DNA from: Actinomycetota bacterium
Lineage (GTDB): Bacteria > Actinomycetota > Acidimicrobiia > Acidimicrobiales > Ilumatobacteraceae
Direction of reading: 5' to 3'
Assembly (NCBI GenBank): GCA_016871395.1
Contig: VFYV01000009.1
Coordinates: forward strand, 7,457 to 71,456
DNA: 64,000 nt
Shown here in pieces: positions 54,492-64,000 of this stretch (the stretch's first letter is position 1; each line of letters starts with the position of its first letter). The position numbers and the translations under genes are program-made. The notes beneath the pieces were generated by a model. It did not search any database, was not told the origin of the DNA, and worked only from the letters and a program-made list of their open reading frames with translations.

Positions 54492-55649
54492 GTGTCCGGA
54501 CCGTTAACTGGTTACAGAGTCATAGAGATCGCCGGAATCGGGCCCGGCCCGTTCGCCGCCATGATGCTGTCCGACATGGGCGCCGAGGTCATTCGAGTCG
54601 AGCGCAGCCAAGCGGTGCGTGGTCCGGCGCCCACCACGCCCGGGTTCGACATCTTGCAGCGTGGTCGTCGCAACATCGCGATCGACTTGAAGAACCCCGA
54701 GGGCGTGGAGACCCTTCTGAGGTTGGTGGAGTCTGCCGATGCGTTGATCGAGGGCTTCCGTCCCGGGGTGATGGAGCGCCTCGGCGTGGGTCCCGACGAT
54801 TGTTTGGCGCGAAATCCCCGCGTGGTGTTCGGACGCATGACCGGATGGGGACAGACCGGCCTGTACGCGAACGCGGCCGGACACGACATCAACTACATCT
54901 CCTTGGCGGGCGCCTTGGCACACTTCGGTCGTGCCGGCGAGGGTCCGGTTCCGCCCATGAACATGGTGGGTGACTTCGGTGGTGGTGGCATGTTCCTCGC
55001 CTTTGGCGTGGTGTGCGCTCTGTTGGAGGCAGCCAAGAGCGGCAACGGACAAGTGGTGGACGCCGCCATGGTCGACGGCACCGCCGTGTTGATGACCATG
55101 TTCTGGGCCTTCTCGCAGATGGGCGCGCACGACGAGAATGCTCGCGGGACCAACCTTCTCGACACCGGTGCCCACTTCTACGACGCCTACGAGTGCAAGG
55201 ACGGCAAGCACATCTCCATTGGATCCATCGAGAGCCAGTTCTACGCGGAGCTGTTGAAACTCACCGGACTCGAGGACGATCCCGAATTCGTCAAGCAAAT
55301 GGACAAGTCCCAGTGGCCCCATTTGAAGAAGCGGATCGCCGAGGTCTTCAAGTCGAAGACTCGTGACGAGTGGTGCTCGATCATGGAGGCCACCGACGTG
55401 TGTTTCGCGCCGGTCCTCACGATGAGTGAAGCCGCGACGCACCCGCACAACGTGGAGCGCAACATGATCATCGAGATCGCCGGCGTCAAGCAGCCCGCCC
55501 CGGCACCACGCTTCTCGCGCACCGTTCCCGAGGTGGCCTCGGCCCCGGCGCACCCCGGACAGCATTCGCGCGAGATCCTGGAATCGTGGGGCTTTACCGC
55601 CCCCGAGGTGGAACGTCTGCTCGCCTCGGGCGCCGTGGTCGACGCGTGA
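54492..55649 (+). CDS. mcr: Alpha-methylacyl-CoA racemase (family III CoA-transferase fold)
   Basis: The sequence is colinear with mycobacterial MCR as I remember it: GPLTGYRVIEIAGIGPGPFAAMMLSDMGAEVIRVER, IEGFRPGVMERLGVGP, RMTGWGQTG...AGHDINYISL, VGDFGGGGMF, GQVVDAAMVDG, PAPAPRFSRT. Confidence 0.88.
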   Translation: MSGPLTGYRVIEIAGIGPGPFAAMMLSDMGAEVIRVERSQAVRGPAPTTPGFDILQRGRRNIAIDLKNPEGVETLLRLVESADALIEGFRPGVMERLGVGPDDCLARNPRVVFGRMTGWGQTGLYANAAGHDINYISLAGALAHFGRAGEGPVPPMNMVGDFGGGGMFLAFGVVCALLEAAKSGNGQVVDAAMVDGTAVLMTMFWAFSQMGAHDENARGTNLLDTGAHFYDAYECKDGKHISIGSIESQFYAELLKLTGLEDDPEFVKQMDKSQWPHLKKRIAEVFKSKTRDEWCSIMEATDVCFAPVLTMSEAATHPHNVERNMIIEIAGVKQPAPAPRFSRTVPEVASAPAHPGQHSREILESWGFTAPEVERLLASGAVVDA

Positions 55650-56425
55650 GCACGCTGCTCTGCTTTCACGCGCATCCCGATGACGAGTCGATTGCCACCG
55701 GCGGCACCATCGCCCGCGCGGTGAGCGAGGGGCATCGTGTGGTCCTGGTGATCGCCACCGACGGACGTCATGGGGAAAACCCGCCCGATCTGATGTCGGG
55801 GGAGACTCTGGTCGATCGGCGACGTTCGGAGACCGAATCGTCGGCCGAGGCCCTCGGAGCTCACGCGGTTCATTGGCTCGGGTACATCGACAGTGGCATG
55901 ACCGGCTGGCCCCAGAACGACGAACCCGGCGCGTTCATGCACGCGGACGTCGACGAAGCGGCTGACCGACTGGTCCAAATCCTGCGTGACGAGAACGTCG
56001 ATGTGATGACGTGTTACGACTGGCATGGGGGATACGGGCACCCCGACCACATCCAAGTGCATCGCGTGGGGCATCGTGCGGCCGAGTTGTACGGCGATGT
56101 CCGACTGTTCGAGAGCACCATGAACCGCACGCGCATGGTCGCCATGTTGAAGGAGAACCCCGATCGTCCCGAAGACTGGGACCCGGAGGGTCCGGCGGAC
56201 GATGGCAATCCGTTCGGATCCACCGAGGACGAAATCACGATGGCCGTCGACGTGTCGGCTTTCATCGATCAGAAGCGCAGTTCGATCATGTGTCACGCGA
56301 GTCAGATGACCGACAACGGCTTCTTCGCGCAGATGCCCCCGGAGGTTTTCGCCGTCGCGTTCGGCACGGAGTGGTTCATCGAGCCCGGCGCGCCGGGTGG
56401 AGCAAAGGTCGGGTGGTTGCTGTGA
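55646..56425 (+). CDS. PIG-L/LmbE-family N-acetylglucosaminyl deacetylase (MshB/Mca-like)
   Basis: The GTG at 55646 forms a GTGA overlap with the mcr stop. Motifs are LCFHAHPDDESIATGGT, YIDSGM and DWHGGYGHPDHIQVH. Confidence 0.85.
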   Translation: MSTLLCFHAHPDDESIATGGTIARAVSEGHRVVLVIATDGRHGENPPDLMSGETLVDRRRSETESSAEALGAHAVHWLGYIDSGMTGWPQNDEPGAFMHADVDEAADRLVQILRDENVDVMTCYDWHGGYGHPDHIQVHRVGHRAAELYGDVRLFESTMNRTRMVAMLKENPDRPEDWDPEGPADDGNPFGSTEDEITMAVDVSAFIDQKRSSIMCHASQMTDNGFFAQMPPEVFAVAFGTEWFIEPGAPGGAKVGWLL

Positions 56426-56979
56426 CTCGGGTGTACCTGGTTCGTCATGGCCGGGCATCGGCGGGCTGGGACACGGAACCGGATCCGGGTCTCGACGACG
56501 AGGGTCGTCGGCAGGCGGCCGCCACAACGGAAGCGTTGTCGCTCTTGCCCGACATGCCCCTGGTGTCCAGTCCGTTGCGTCGTTGTCGCGAGACCGCCGC
56601 ATTTCTGTCGGCGAAGTGGAAGTACGACCCGGTGACGATCCAGCCCGTGGTGGGTGAGATTCCGTCTCCCGACGGCGTGCCTCTGCGCGAGCGGGTGGAT
56701 TGGTTGCGCACTGCTATGGCCGGCACGTGGGCCGACCTTGGCCCCCGTTACACGTCGTTCCGGGACTCGGTGAGGGACTACGTGAGCAGCCTGAGTCGGG
56801 ACACGGTGATCTTCAGCCATTTCATCGCCATCAACGCGGTCATCGGCGCCTGTCGAGGAGACGATCGGGTGGTGATTTCCCGTCTCGACAACGCATCGGT
56901 GACCATCATCGATCTCGACGTGAACGGGCATGCGACACTGGTGCGCACGGGTCGTCAGGCCGACACGTTGATTCGCTGA
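56422..56979 (+). CDS. Histidine phosphatase family protein (185 aa)
   Basis: The GTG at 56422 forms a GTGA overlap with the deacetylase stop. The RHG motif is VYLVRHGRASAGW, a downstream SPLRRCRET block is present, and a later SHF supplies the second catalytic His region. Confidence 0.8.
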   Translation: MTRVYLVRHGRASAGWDTEPDPGLDDEGRRQAAATTEALSLLPDMPLVSSPLRRCRETAAFLSAKWKYDPVTIQPVVGEIPSPDGVPLRERVDWLRTAMAGTWADLGPRYTSFRDSVRDYVSSLSRDTVIFSHFIAINAVIGACRGDDRVVISRLDNASVTIIDLDVNGHATLVRTGRQADTLIR

Positions 56980-57018
56980 ACGGTATGCCAACACGATGAT
57001 TCGCTGATCGGGCAGACT

Positions 57019-57768
57019 GTGGGAATGGCGGGGGCGACCGATCGGCTGTTTCGTCGAATCGTGGCTTTCGTTGTCGGCTCGGTGCTGCTGGCCGCTTGTG
57101 GTGGCGGTGGTGAGGGATCGGACACCCTGGCTCCGCTTCCCACGAACCTCTCCACCACCACGGCCTCCTCGTTGGCGCCTCTGGTGACCACCACGGGGGT
57201 GCCCGATTCGACCACGACGTCCGTCGTCGAGACCACCACGACGGTTCCTCCCGCTGCCAAGCTGGTCTTGCGAGGTGACTCGCTGGGTGACGTTCGCTTC
57301 GGTGTGGATGCCGACGGAGCGCTGGCGTACGTCGAGTCGTTGTTGGGCCCACCCGACCAGGACAGTGGATACGTGGACTCGGTCTCGGAATTCGGAGTCT
57401 GCCCGGGCGAGCAGGTTCGTGGCGTGCAGTGGGGCGATCTGCTGCTGCTTTTCGGAGACGAGAGTGAGGTGGCCTCGGGGCGAATGCACTTCTACGGCTG
57501 GCGCTTCGGACCGATCAGAGCGAGCATGCCCGAGCCGACCGGACCGGCGACCGAGGGCGGAATCACGCTTGGAGCGACCGTGAGCGAGGTGCTGGCGGCC
57601 CATCCCGGCGCCGAGGTGTTCACTGACGACGTGTTCGGGGCCGGCTTCGACATCGACTCGGGGGCTCGGGGCCTGGTGTCGGGGTCGCTGTCCAAGGATG
57701 CGCCGAGCGGCGTCACACTGACGCTTTTCGGTGGCGTGACGTGCGGCGAGTGGGTCGGCGGCATCTAG
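57019..57768 (+). CDS. Hypothetical secreted lipoprotein
   Basis: The signal peptide with lipobox is RRIVAFVVGSVLLAACGGGG, followed by a Thr/Ser/Pro-rich linker. No family is recognised. Confidence 0.7.
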   Translation: MGMAGATDRLFRRIVAFVVGSVLLAACGGGGEGSDTLAPLPTNLSTTTASSLAPLVTTTGVPDSTTTSVVETTTTVPPAAKLVLRGDSLGDVRFGVDADGALAYVESLLGPPDQDSGYVDSVSEFGVCPGEQVRGVQWGDLLLLFGDESEVASGRMHFYGWRFGPIRASMPEPTGPATEGGITLGATVSEVLAAHPGAEVFTDDVFGAGFDIDSGARGLVSGSLSKDAPSGVTLTLFGGVTCGEWVGGI

Positions 57769-57803
57769 GTCGCGCGCGCGGGTCATCTAAGGTCCTACGA
57801 GTC

Positions 57804-58181
57804 ATGAACTCTTCGATGCTGATCGATCTGCACAAGTCGTGGGCGTGGTTCGTGATCATCGCGAACGGTCTGGCGGGCTGCTGGTCACTCGGTGCTCACA
57901 AGTTCGAGTCATTACGCACTCGGGCGCTGTGGTGGTTCACGTTGTTGGCTCAATTGACGATGTTCGTCGAGGTGACCCTGGGTGTGATCCTGGTGAACAA
58001 GTACAAGATCGAATTCCCGCAGTTTCACGCGTTCTATGGGTTCGTTGGAATAATCGCGGTGGCGATCATCTACTCGTATCGGAACCAGATGAAGCACCGT
58101 TTGTACCTGTTGTACGGGTTCGGAGGATTGTTCATCATGGGCCTGGGCATTCGAGCCCTCCTCGTGGGCCAAGTCTCGTGA
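57804..58181 (+). CDS. Small integral membrane protein (125 aa, ~4 TM)
   Basis: The ATG at 57804 gives MNSSMLIDLHKSWAWFVIIANGLAG, and four hydrophobic segments follow. GC content is locally lower, consistent with a Phe/Ile/Tyr-rich membrane protein. Confidence 0.65.
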   Translation: MNSSMLIDLHKSWAWFVIIANGLAGCWSLGAHKFESLRTRALWWFTLLAQLTMFVEVTLGVILVNKYKIEFPQFHAFYGFVGIIAVAIIYSYRNQMKHRLYLLYGFGGLFIMGLGIRALLVGQVS

Positions 58182-58213
58182 ACCGAATGCGCGACGACGT
58201 CGCCTTTCAGTAG

Positions 58214-60001
58214 TCAGAGAGCGGAGGCGAGGGAGTCCAGTTGGGCCGTCAGTTTGGTCGGCAACCTCGGACCGAACTGTGCGAAATGATCCTTGATCTG
58301 GGGCAGGGCCGACATCCAGCCCTCGGCATCCACGCGTAGCAGTTCGTCGAGGTCGTCCTTGCTCACATCGAGTCCCCCCACGTCGAGCGAACCCTCTGCG
58401 GGCAACAGTCCGATCGGAGTCCTCACCGCATCGACCGAGCCGTCGATGCGTTCGAAGACCCACTTCAGGACGCGACTGTTCTCCCCGTATCCCGGCCACA
58501 AGAAGCGGCCGTCCTCGTCACGACGGAACCAGTTGACGAAGAAGATCTGCGGCAACTTCGAGGGGTCGGCTTTGGTTCCCATGGCCAACCAGTGGGCGAA
58601 GTAGTCACCCATGTTGTAGCCACAAAACGGCAGCATTGCCATGGGGTCGAAGCGCAAGTTGCCGACCGCGCCCTGCTGGGCGGCGGTGGTTTCCGAGGCC
58701 ATGATCGAGCCCAGGAACACGCCGTGCTCCCAGTCGAAGGCTTGGGTCACCAGCGGTACCGTCGTGCGGCGGCGTCCTCCGAACAGGATCGCCGAAATCG
58801 GTACCCCGGCCGGGTCCTGCCACTCGGGGGCGGTCGAGGGGCACTGCGACGCCGGAGCGGTGAAACGGGCATTCGGATGCGCGGCCGGCGTCTCGGTTTC
58901 GGGAGTCCAGACGTTGCCCTTCCAGTCGGTGGCGCGCGCGGGCTTGTCCTCGCTCATGCCTTCCCACCACACATCGCCATCGGCCGTGAGCGCGGTGTTC
59001 GTGAAGATGCTGTTACCCCACAAGGTGTGCATGGCGTTGGCGTTCGTTTCGTAGCCGGTGCCGGGAGCGACGCCGAAGAAACCAGCCTCGGGGTTGATCG
59101 CGTACAGACGACCGTCCCGACCGAACTTCATCCAGCAGATGTCGTCGCCGATGGTCTCGGCCTTCCAGCCGGGGATGGTGGGCACCAACATCGCGAGATT
59201 GGTCTTGCCGCACGCTGACGGGAAGGCGGCCGCGATGAACTTGGCCTCGCCGGCGGGGTTCGTGAGTTTCAAGATGAGCATGTGCTCGGCCAGCCAGCCG
59301 TCGTCACGGGCCATGACCGAGGCGATCCGTAGCGCGAAGCATTTCTTGCCCAACAAGGCGTTGCCACCGTAACCCGAACCGTACGACCAGATCTCGCGGG
59401 TCTCGGGGAAGTGGACGATGTATTTGTTCTCCGGGTTACACGGCCACGCCGAATCCACGGAACCCGGGGTGAGGGGAGCGCCCACCGAGTGCAGACATGG
59501 CACCCACTGGCCGTCTCCCAGCACGTCGAGCGCACCCTGGCCCATGCGGGTCATGATGCGCATGTTCGTCGCCACGTACGCCGAGTCGGTCAATTGCACT
59601 CCGATGTGGGCGATCGGTGAGCCGAGAGGGCCCATGCTGAAGGGCACGACGTACATGGTGCGACCTCTCATGCATCCGTCGTACAGACGCTTCATCTCGT
59701 CGCGCATCTCGGCGGGCTCGCGCCAGTTGTTGTTGGGACCGGCGTCGTCCTTGTCGGTGGAACAGATGAAGGTGCGATCCTCGACCCGGGCCACGTCGCC
59801 CGGATCGCTGTGCGCCCAGTAGCTGTTCGGACGTTTGGCTTCGTCGAGCTTGGTGAACACTCCGGCGTCGACCAGAACGCCACACAGGCGGTCGTACTCT
59901 TGTGCACTGCCGTCGCACCAATGGATGTCATCGGGCTGCATCACCGCGGCCCACTCGGCCACCCATTTCTTCAGAAGCTCGTTGTTGCTCGTGCCCGCCA
60001 T
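58214..60001 (-). CDS. pckG: Phosphoenolpyruvate carboxykinase (GTP)
   Basis: This is a 595-aa ORF with GTP-PEPCK blocks: [28 protein letters not shown] (kinase-1a), DDICWMKF and WEGM. The C-terminus has [28 protein letters not shown]. Confidence 0.93.
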   Translation of the reverse strand: MAGTSNNELLKKWVAEWAAVMQPDDIHWCDGSAQEYDRLCGVLVDAGVFTKLDEAKRPNSYWAHSDPGDVARVEDRTFICSTDKDDAGPNNNWREPAEMRDEMKRLYDGCMRGRTMYVVPFSMGPLGSPIAHIGVQLTDSAYVATNMRIMTRMGQGALDVLGDGQWVPCLHSVGAPLTPGSVDSAWPCNPENKYIVHFPETREIWSYGSGYGGNALLGKKCFALRIASVMARDDGWLAEHMLILKLTNPAGEAKFIAAAFPSACGKTNLAMLVPTIPGWKAETIGDDICWMKFGRDGRLYAINPEAGFFGVAPGTGYETNANAMHTLWGNSIFTNTALTADGDVWWEGMSEDKPARATDWKGNVWTPETETPAAHPNARFTAPASQCPSTAPEWQDPAGVPISAILFGGRRRTTVPLVTQAFDWEHGVFLGSIMASETTAAQQGAVGNLRFDPMAMLPFCGYNMGDYFAHWLAMGTKADPSKLPQIFFVNWFRRDEDGRFLWPGYGENSRVLKWVFERIDGSVDAVRTPIGLLPAEGSLDVGGLDVSKDDLDELLRVDAEGWMSALPQIKDHFAQFGPRLPTKLTAQLDSLASAL

Positions 60002-60061
60002 GGTGTGCTCCTTCGGCCGGGGGACGCCGTGGATGATGGTGTTGTTCGGTGGTGACGGCGC

Positions 60062-60283
60062 TCAGTAACCCGGAGTGCCCATGTCTGATTCTGAACCTAG
60101 GCGCAGGCGGGTTGCCAGGCCCTCATCGTTCACGTCAAATACGACACGCTGACCGGGTCGCAACATGCGAAAAATGCTCCCCTCGAGGGCGTCGGCGGCC
60201 AACTCCAGTTCGCCCAAGTCGGTGTCACGCAAAATCAGGCCGGTTCCCGAGCCCGGGTCGAAGGCTTTGACCACCCCTTGCAT
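60062..60283 (-). CDS. Small cold-shock-domain-like (OB-fold) protein, 73 aa
   Basis: MQGVVKAFDPGSGTGLILRD...GQRVVFDV resembles the beta1-beta3/beta5 pattern of CSD proteins but lacks canonical RNP1/RNP2 aromatic motifs. The frame has good coding bias. Confidence 0.55.
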   Translation of the reverse strand: MQGVVKAFDPGSGTGLILRDTDLGELELAADALEGSIFRMLRPGQRVVFDVNDEGLATRLRLGSESDMGTPGY

Positions 60284-60294
60284 CGTTCAGGTGG

Positions 60295-60510
60295 TCACTT
60301 GTTCGAGGCGGCGGAGCCGCGACCGACCTTGGTCACCTTGCCGGCGCGGATGCAACTGGTGCACACGTTGAGGTGGGTCGGTGTGCCCTTCACCAAAACG
60401 CGGATGCGCTGGATGTTCGGGTTCCAGCGACGCTTGGTGCGCACGTGCGAGTGCGACACCGACATGCCCCATGAAGGACGCTTTCCGCAGACTTCACAAA
60501 TTGATGCCAT
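60295..60510 (-). CDS. rpmB: 50S ribosomal protein L28
   Basis: [59 protein letters not shown] is the characteristic L28 sequence. Confidence 0.93.
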   Translation of the reverse strand: MASICEVCGKRPSWGMSVSHSHVRTKRRWNPNIQRIRVLVKGTPTHLNVCTSCIRAGKVTKVGRGSAASNK

Positions 60511-60679
60511 TGCTTTCTCCGACTCTTCGTCGTGCCGGCGGGGTCACGATCTCGCCCCCGCGACGCTACCAGCGGATTTCTCCCCCTCCCAATGTCGCCG
60601 GGAGCGGTTTTCGGATCGATTCACCCTCGATAGAACGCAGGTCACGCCCGGATCACCCCTGACCACTACCATCGGGCGG

Positions 60680-62371
60680 GTGAACCCTGCCGTCCTGACG
60701 CCCCCGGGGGCCGGGGAACGTTTCGACGCCGATCGCCTACGGCGAACCGTGGTGGCGTTCCGAGATGCCGTTCGGGAGCACGCCCCGCGAATCAACCGTC
60801 TGAACGTGTATCCGGTCCCCGACGGTGACACCGGCACCAACATGGCCCGCACGTTGGACGCCGTGGTGGCCGAACTGGACCAGGCCGGGCCCGACATCGA
60901 ACCCACCTGCCAGGCCATTTCGCACGGATCCCTCATGGGCGCTCGGGGCAACTCGGGGGTCATCTTGTCGCAGATTTTGCGGGGTTTGGTCGGCCGGTTG
61001 TCCCGCACCGCCAGTAGCACCGCCACCGAGGTGGCCGAGGCCCTCAGTGAGGCGTCGGTGGCGGCGTACACGGCGGTGCTCAAGCCCATCGAGGGCACCA
61101 TCCTCACCGTGATTCGTGAGGCGAGTGAGGCCGCCAAGGCGTCGGCGGCCACCGGCTCCGGTCTGGGGGCCACGTTGCGTGCCGCCCGTGACGCCGGTCG
61201 TCGGGCCCTCGACGCCACTCCGGACCTGCTGCCGGTGTTGAAAGACGCCGGAGTGGTCGACGCGGGCGGTGCCGGCTTCTTGTTGCTGCTCGACGCGGCC
61301 CTCAACGTCGTCGACGGCGAGCCCATCCCGACGCCGGCGGACTCCATCGGTGGTGACGCCGTGGATGAACCGTTGCCGGCCATGACCATGGCGTTGATGG
61401 CGCCGGACCGCCACGGCGAGACGTCGGTGGCCGATCTGCGTTACGAGGTCATGTATTTCCTGTATATCGACGACGACAAGATCGAGGCCTTCAGGTCCGA
61501 GTGGGACCGGATCGGTGATTCCATCGTCGTCGTCGGCGGTGATGGACTCTGGAACTGTCACGTGCACACCAACGACATCGGCGCGGCGATCGAGGCGGCC
61601 ATCGATCTCGGCGGGCGACCCAAACAGATTCGGGTCACCGATCTCTTCGAGGAGGTGGCCGAACGCCACCTCGCCGACGATGCCGCCCGCGCCGTAGCGG
61701 GTTTGCCCGCGGTCACCACGGCCGTGGTGGCGGTCTGCAGTGGCGGTGGCCTGGAGGAACTGTTCGGGCAGTTGGGTGTTCAGGGAGTCGTCACCGGGGG
61801 CCAGACGCTGAATCCGTCGACCGCCGAGTTGCTGGCGGCGGTCGAAGCGGTGAACGCCCAACAGGTGATCGTGTTGCCGAACAACAAGAACATCATCCCC
61901 GTTGCCGAGCAGTTGAGTTCGTTGACCTCCAAGCAGGTGCGCGTGGTGCCCACGCGTTCCATGCCCGAGGCGTTGGCGGCACTCGTCGTCTACGACCCCG
62001 AAGCCGACGTCGACGAGAACGCCTCATCGATGAAGTCGTCCACCCAAGCGATGGTCACCGGTGAGGTGACCCGAGCGGTACGTAACTCGTCCAGTGACGT
62101 CGGGTCGGTCACCACGGGTGATTGGATCGGCCTGGTTCGCGGAGATGGCATCGTCGCGATTCACGAAACCCTCGACGGCGCGGCGGTTGCCCTTCTCGCC
62201 CTCTTGGTCGACGAATCCCACGAGATCGTCACCGTCATCGAGGGCATCGACGCCACCGCATCGGCGACGTCCGTCATCGAGGACTGGTTGTCGATCGAAC
62301 GCCCGGGGGTACAGGTCGAATGGCATCGTGGTGGGCAACCGCTGTACCCGTACCTGTTCGGCGTCGAATGA
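60680..62371 (+). CDS. DAK2 (DhaL-like) domain protein, YloV family
   Basis: The GTG at 60680 gives VNPAVLTPP...FDADRLRRTVVAFRDAV...INRLNVYPVPDGDTGTNM, the DhaL/DAK2 motif. The C-terminal half is the YloV-type domain. The upstream 134 codons of track ORF 60278..62371 are antisense to rpmB and are unsupported. Confidence 0.85.
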   Translation: MNPAVLTPPGAGERFDADRLRRTVVAFRDAVREHAPRINRLNVYPVPDGDTGTNMARTLDAVVAELDQAGPDIEPTCQAISHGSLMGARGNSGVILSQILRGLVGRLSRTASSTATEVAEALSEASVAAYTAVLKPIEGTILTVIREASEAAKASAATGSGLGATLRAARDAGRRALDATPDLLPVLKDAGVVDAGGAGFLLLLDAALNVVDGEPIPTPADSIGGDAVDEPLPAMTMALMAPDRHGETSVADLRYEVMYFLYIDDDKIEAFRSEWDRIGDSIVVVGGDGLWNCHVHTNDIGAAIEAAIDLGGRPKQIRVTDLFEEVAERHLADDAARAVAGLPAVTTAVVAVCSGGGLEELFGQLGVQGVVTGGQTLNPSTAELLAAVEAVNAQQVIVLPNNKNIIPVAEQLSSLTSKQVRVVPTRSMPEALAALVVYDPEADVDENASSMKSSTQAMVTGEVTRAVRNSSSDVGSVTTGDWIGLVRGDGIVAIHETLDGAAVALLALLVDESHEIVTVIEGIDATASATSVIEDWLSIERPGVQVEWHRGGQPLYPYLFGVE

Positions 62372-62382
62372 CGCGGTGAGCC

Positions 62383-64000
62383 GTGGCCGACCCGAAGCCT
62401 CCACTGACCTTGGCCGACTTGGCGGCGAAACCGATCTCCGAACTGAAGTCCGTCGGCGCGGGCAAACGGGTCGAAAACTTCGCCAAATTCGGGATCACCA
62501 ATCTCGTCGAATTGTTGACGCACTATCCCCGTCGCTGGATCGATCGCACCCGCGAGGCACCCATCGACGAGGCTGCCGAAGGGGTCGACGTGCTGGTGAT
62601 CGGCGAGTTGCGCTCGGTCAACGGTCCGCCTCCGGGTCCTCGTCGGGGCCCGTCGAGGGTGACGGCCACCTTGGCCGACGACAGCGGACGCTTGTCGCTC
62701 GTCTTCTTCAATCAGCCGTACCGAGCCAGGCAGTTGAAGGTCGGATCGTTGGTGGCGGTGTTCGGTCGTATCGGACGTTTCAATGGCGTCAAGCAAATGG
62801 CGAATCCCACCGTCGACGTGTTGGGCGACCCCGACGAGCGTCCCCGCCCCATCGTGGCGGTGTACCCACAGAGCGAGAAAGTCGAACTGCCCTCATGGAC
62901 CGTGTTGCGGGCTGTCGACGAGACGCTGGCGCGCTGTAAATCGCGAGGAATCAGCGATCCGTTGCCGAGGGACATCCGTGAGAGATGCTCTCTGATGGAT
63001 CGTGGCGACGCGCTGGTTGGCATTCACGCTCCGGAGACTTTTGCCCACAAAGAAGCGGCGCGTCGTCGATTGGCTTTCGACGAGTTGTTGCGGGTGCAAC
63101 TGGTTCTTGTGATGCGCAAGCGGGCCTTCGAGCGCGAATCCGTGGGAATCAAGCACGTGATCGACGGTGACTTGGTTCGCCGTTTCCACGCCGGGTTACC
63201 CTACGAGTTGACCGGTGCTCAGCGGCGGGTCATCGGCGAGATCGAGACCGACTTGGCGTCACCGACTCCGATGCACCGCCTTCTGCAGGGCGACGTGGGT
63301 GCGGGCAAGACTTTGGTGGCGGTGTCGGCCATGCTCGTCGCCGTCCAGGGTGGTCATCAAGGGGCGCTGATGGCGCCCACCGAGGTTCTCGCCGAACAAC
63401 ACGCTGCGGGTATCCGACGCCTGCTCGAGGGCTTGCGCGTGCCCGACGAGGACACCCTCGACGGAGAGCGTGACGTACGTGTCGAGTTGCTCACCAGCAG
63501 CGTGACGGCGGAGAAGCGACGCGACGTTCTCTCCGGATTGGCCGACGGAAAGGTCGACATCGCCATCGGCACCCACGCCCTCATTCAGGACTCGGTCGTA
63601 TTCCACGCCCTGGGTGTCGTGGTGGTCGACGAGCAACACCGCTTCGGTGTGGAGCAGCGGGCCGCGCTGCGCGCCAAGGGAGTCGATGGCCGTGCGGTGC
63701 CCGATGTGCTGGTGATGACCGCCACTCCGATTCCACGCACCGCCGCCATGACCGTCTACGGAGATCTGGATGTCAGCGTCCTCGACGAGAAGCCGCCGGG
63801 TCGCACCCCCATCGTCACTCGCTCGGCCGACGGCCCTGGAGCCGAGGAGGAGGTGTGGTCCGACGTGCGGGCCCAAGTAGCGGCGGGTCGTCAGGTGTAC
63901 GTCGTGTGCCCCCTCATCGAGGAGAGCGAGAAGTTGGAGGTGGCCAGCGCGGAGGAAACGGTCGCGCGGCTCTCCTCGACCGAACTGAGCGGACTGCGAA
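62383..64000 (+). CDS. recG: ATP-dependent DNA helicase RecG, 3' end outside the window
   Basis: This gene is not in the ORF track because it runs off the right edge. The GTG at 62383 gives VADPKPPLTLADLAAKPISELKSVGAGKRVENFAKFGITNLVELLTHYPRRWIDRT. In frame further on are LQGDVGAGKTLVA (Walker A, starting at 63283), VVVDEQHRFGV (DEQH) and VLVMTATPIPRT. Confidence 0.9.
   Translation, partial: MADPKPPLTLADLAAKPISELKSVGAGKRVENFAKFGITNLVELLTHYPRRWIDRTREAPIDEAAEGVDVLVIGELRSVNGPPPGPRRGPSRVTATLADDSGRLSLVFFNQPYRARQLKVGSLVAVFGRIGRFNGVKQMANPTVDVLGDPDERPRPIVAVYPQSEKVELPSWTVLRAVDETLARCKSRGISDPLPRDIRERCSLMDRGDALVGIHAPETFAHKEAARRRLAFDELLRVQLVLVMRKRAFERESVGIKHVIDGDLVRRFHAGLPYELTGAQRRVIGEIETDLASPTPMHRLLQGDVGAGKTLVAVSAMLVAVQGGHQGALMAPTEVLAEQHAAGIRRLLEGLRVPDEDTLDGERDVRVELLTSSVTAEKRRDVLSGLADGKVDIAIGTHALIQDSVVFHALGVVVVDEQHRFGVEQRAALRAKGVDGRAVPDVLVMTATPIPRTAAMTVYGDLDVSVLDEKPPGRTPIVTRSADGPGAEEEVWSDVRAQVAAGRQVYVVCPLIEESEKLEVASAEETVARLSSTELSGLR

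Noticed and set aside
58191-58203. A small hairpin gcgac-gac-gtcgc between the convergent stops of the small membrane protein gene and pckG.
   Set aside because: It has only 5 bp with a 3-nt loop, which is too weak to call a terminator.
60278-60679. The 134-codon N-terminal extension of the DAK2/YloV ORF.
   Set aside because: It runs antisense through rpmB and the divergent promoter region. YloV-type proteins begin about 40 aa before the PDGDTGTNM motif, which matches the GTG at 60680.

Overview
This is a GC-rich, almost gap-free stretch of chromosomal core DNA. The gene content looks actinobacterial: NucS/EndoMS, a fused Kgd/OdhA-type 2-oxoglutarate dehydrogenase, GTP-dependent PEPCK, three F420-type LLM oxidoreductases, an MshB-like PIG-L deacetylase, WS/DGAT, and many beta-oxidation genes. 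All product calls come from reading translated motifs by eye. No database search was possible.

I call 59 protein-coding genes. Two are cut by the window edges and so are missing from the ORF track: pepN on the left (minus strand) and recG on the right (plus strand). I also call two intrinsic-terminator-like hairpins and one in-frame coding tandem repeat. I found no rRNA, tRNA, CRISPR array, transposase, integrase or prophage signature. The longest intergenic gap is about 170 nt.

Gene packing is extreme:
- many ATGA/GTGA start-stop overlaps
- five convergent gene pairs whose 3' ends overlap by 17-59 nt
- several divergent pairs with under 60 nt between start codons, two of which share a CATG palindrome that gives an ATG on both strands

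Many long track ORFs are antisense or 5'-extension artefacts of high GC content, and I trimmed or rejected them.

The observations most worth a second look are:
1. 35749-37641 (-): a membrane protein with a His-cluster linker and two tandem copies of an unrecognised ~195-aa domain rich in conserved Cys and His.
2. 46256-47455 (+): a Zc3h12a/NYN-type RNase domain fused to an S1 domain and a histone-H1-like Lys/Ala/Val repeat tail encoded by DNA tandem repeats.
3. 19844-21109 (-): a peptidase-S51-like domain fused to a CysRS-type C-terminal tail.
4. 55646-56979 (+): an MshB-like deacetylase translationally coupled to a histidine phosphatase.
5. 31248-34635: a PEP-utilising swivel-domain protein with no visible nucleotide-binding domain, divergent from an ABC1/UbiB kinase.

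None of these can be called novel without homology searches. I saw no obvious defence or mobile system.
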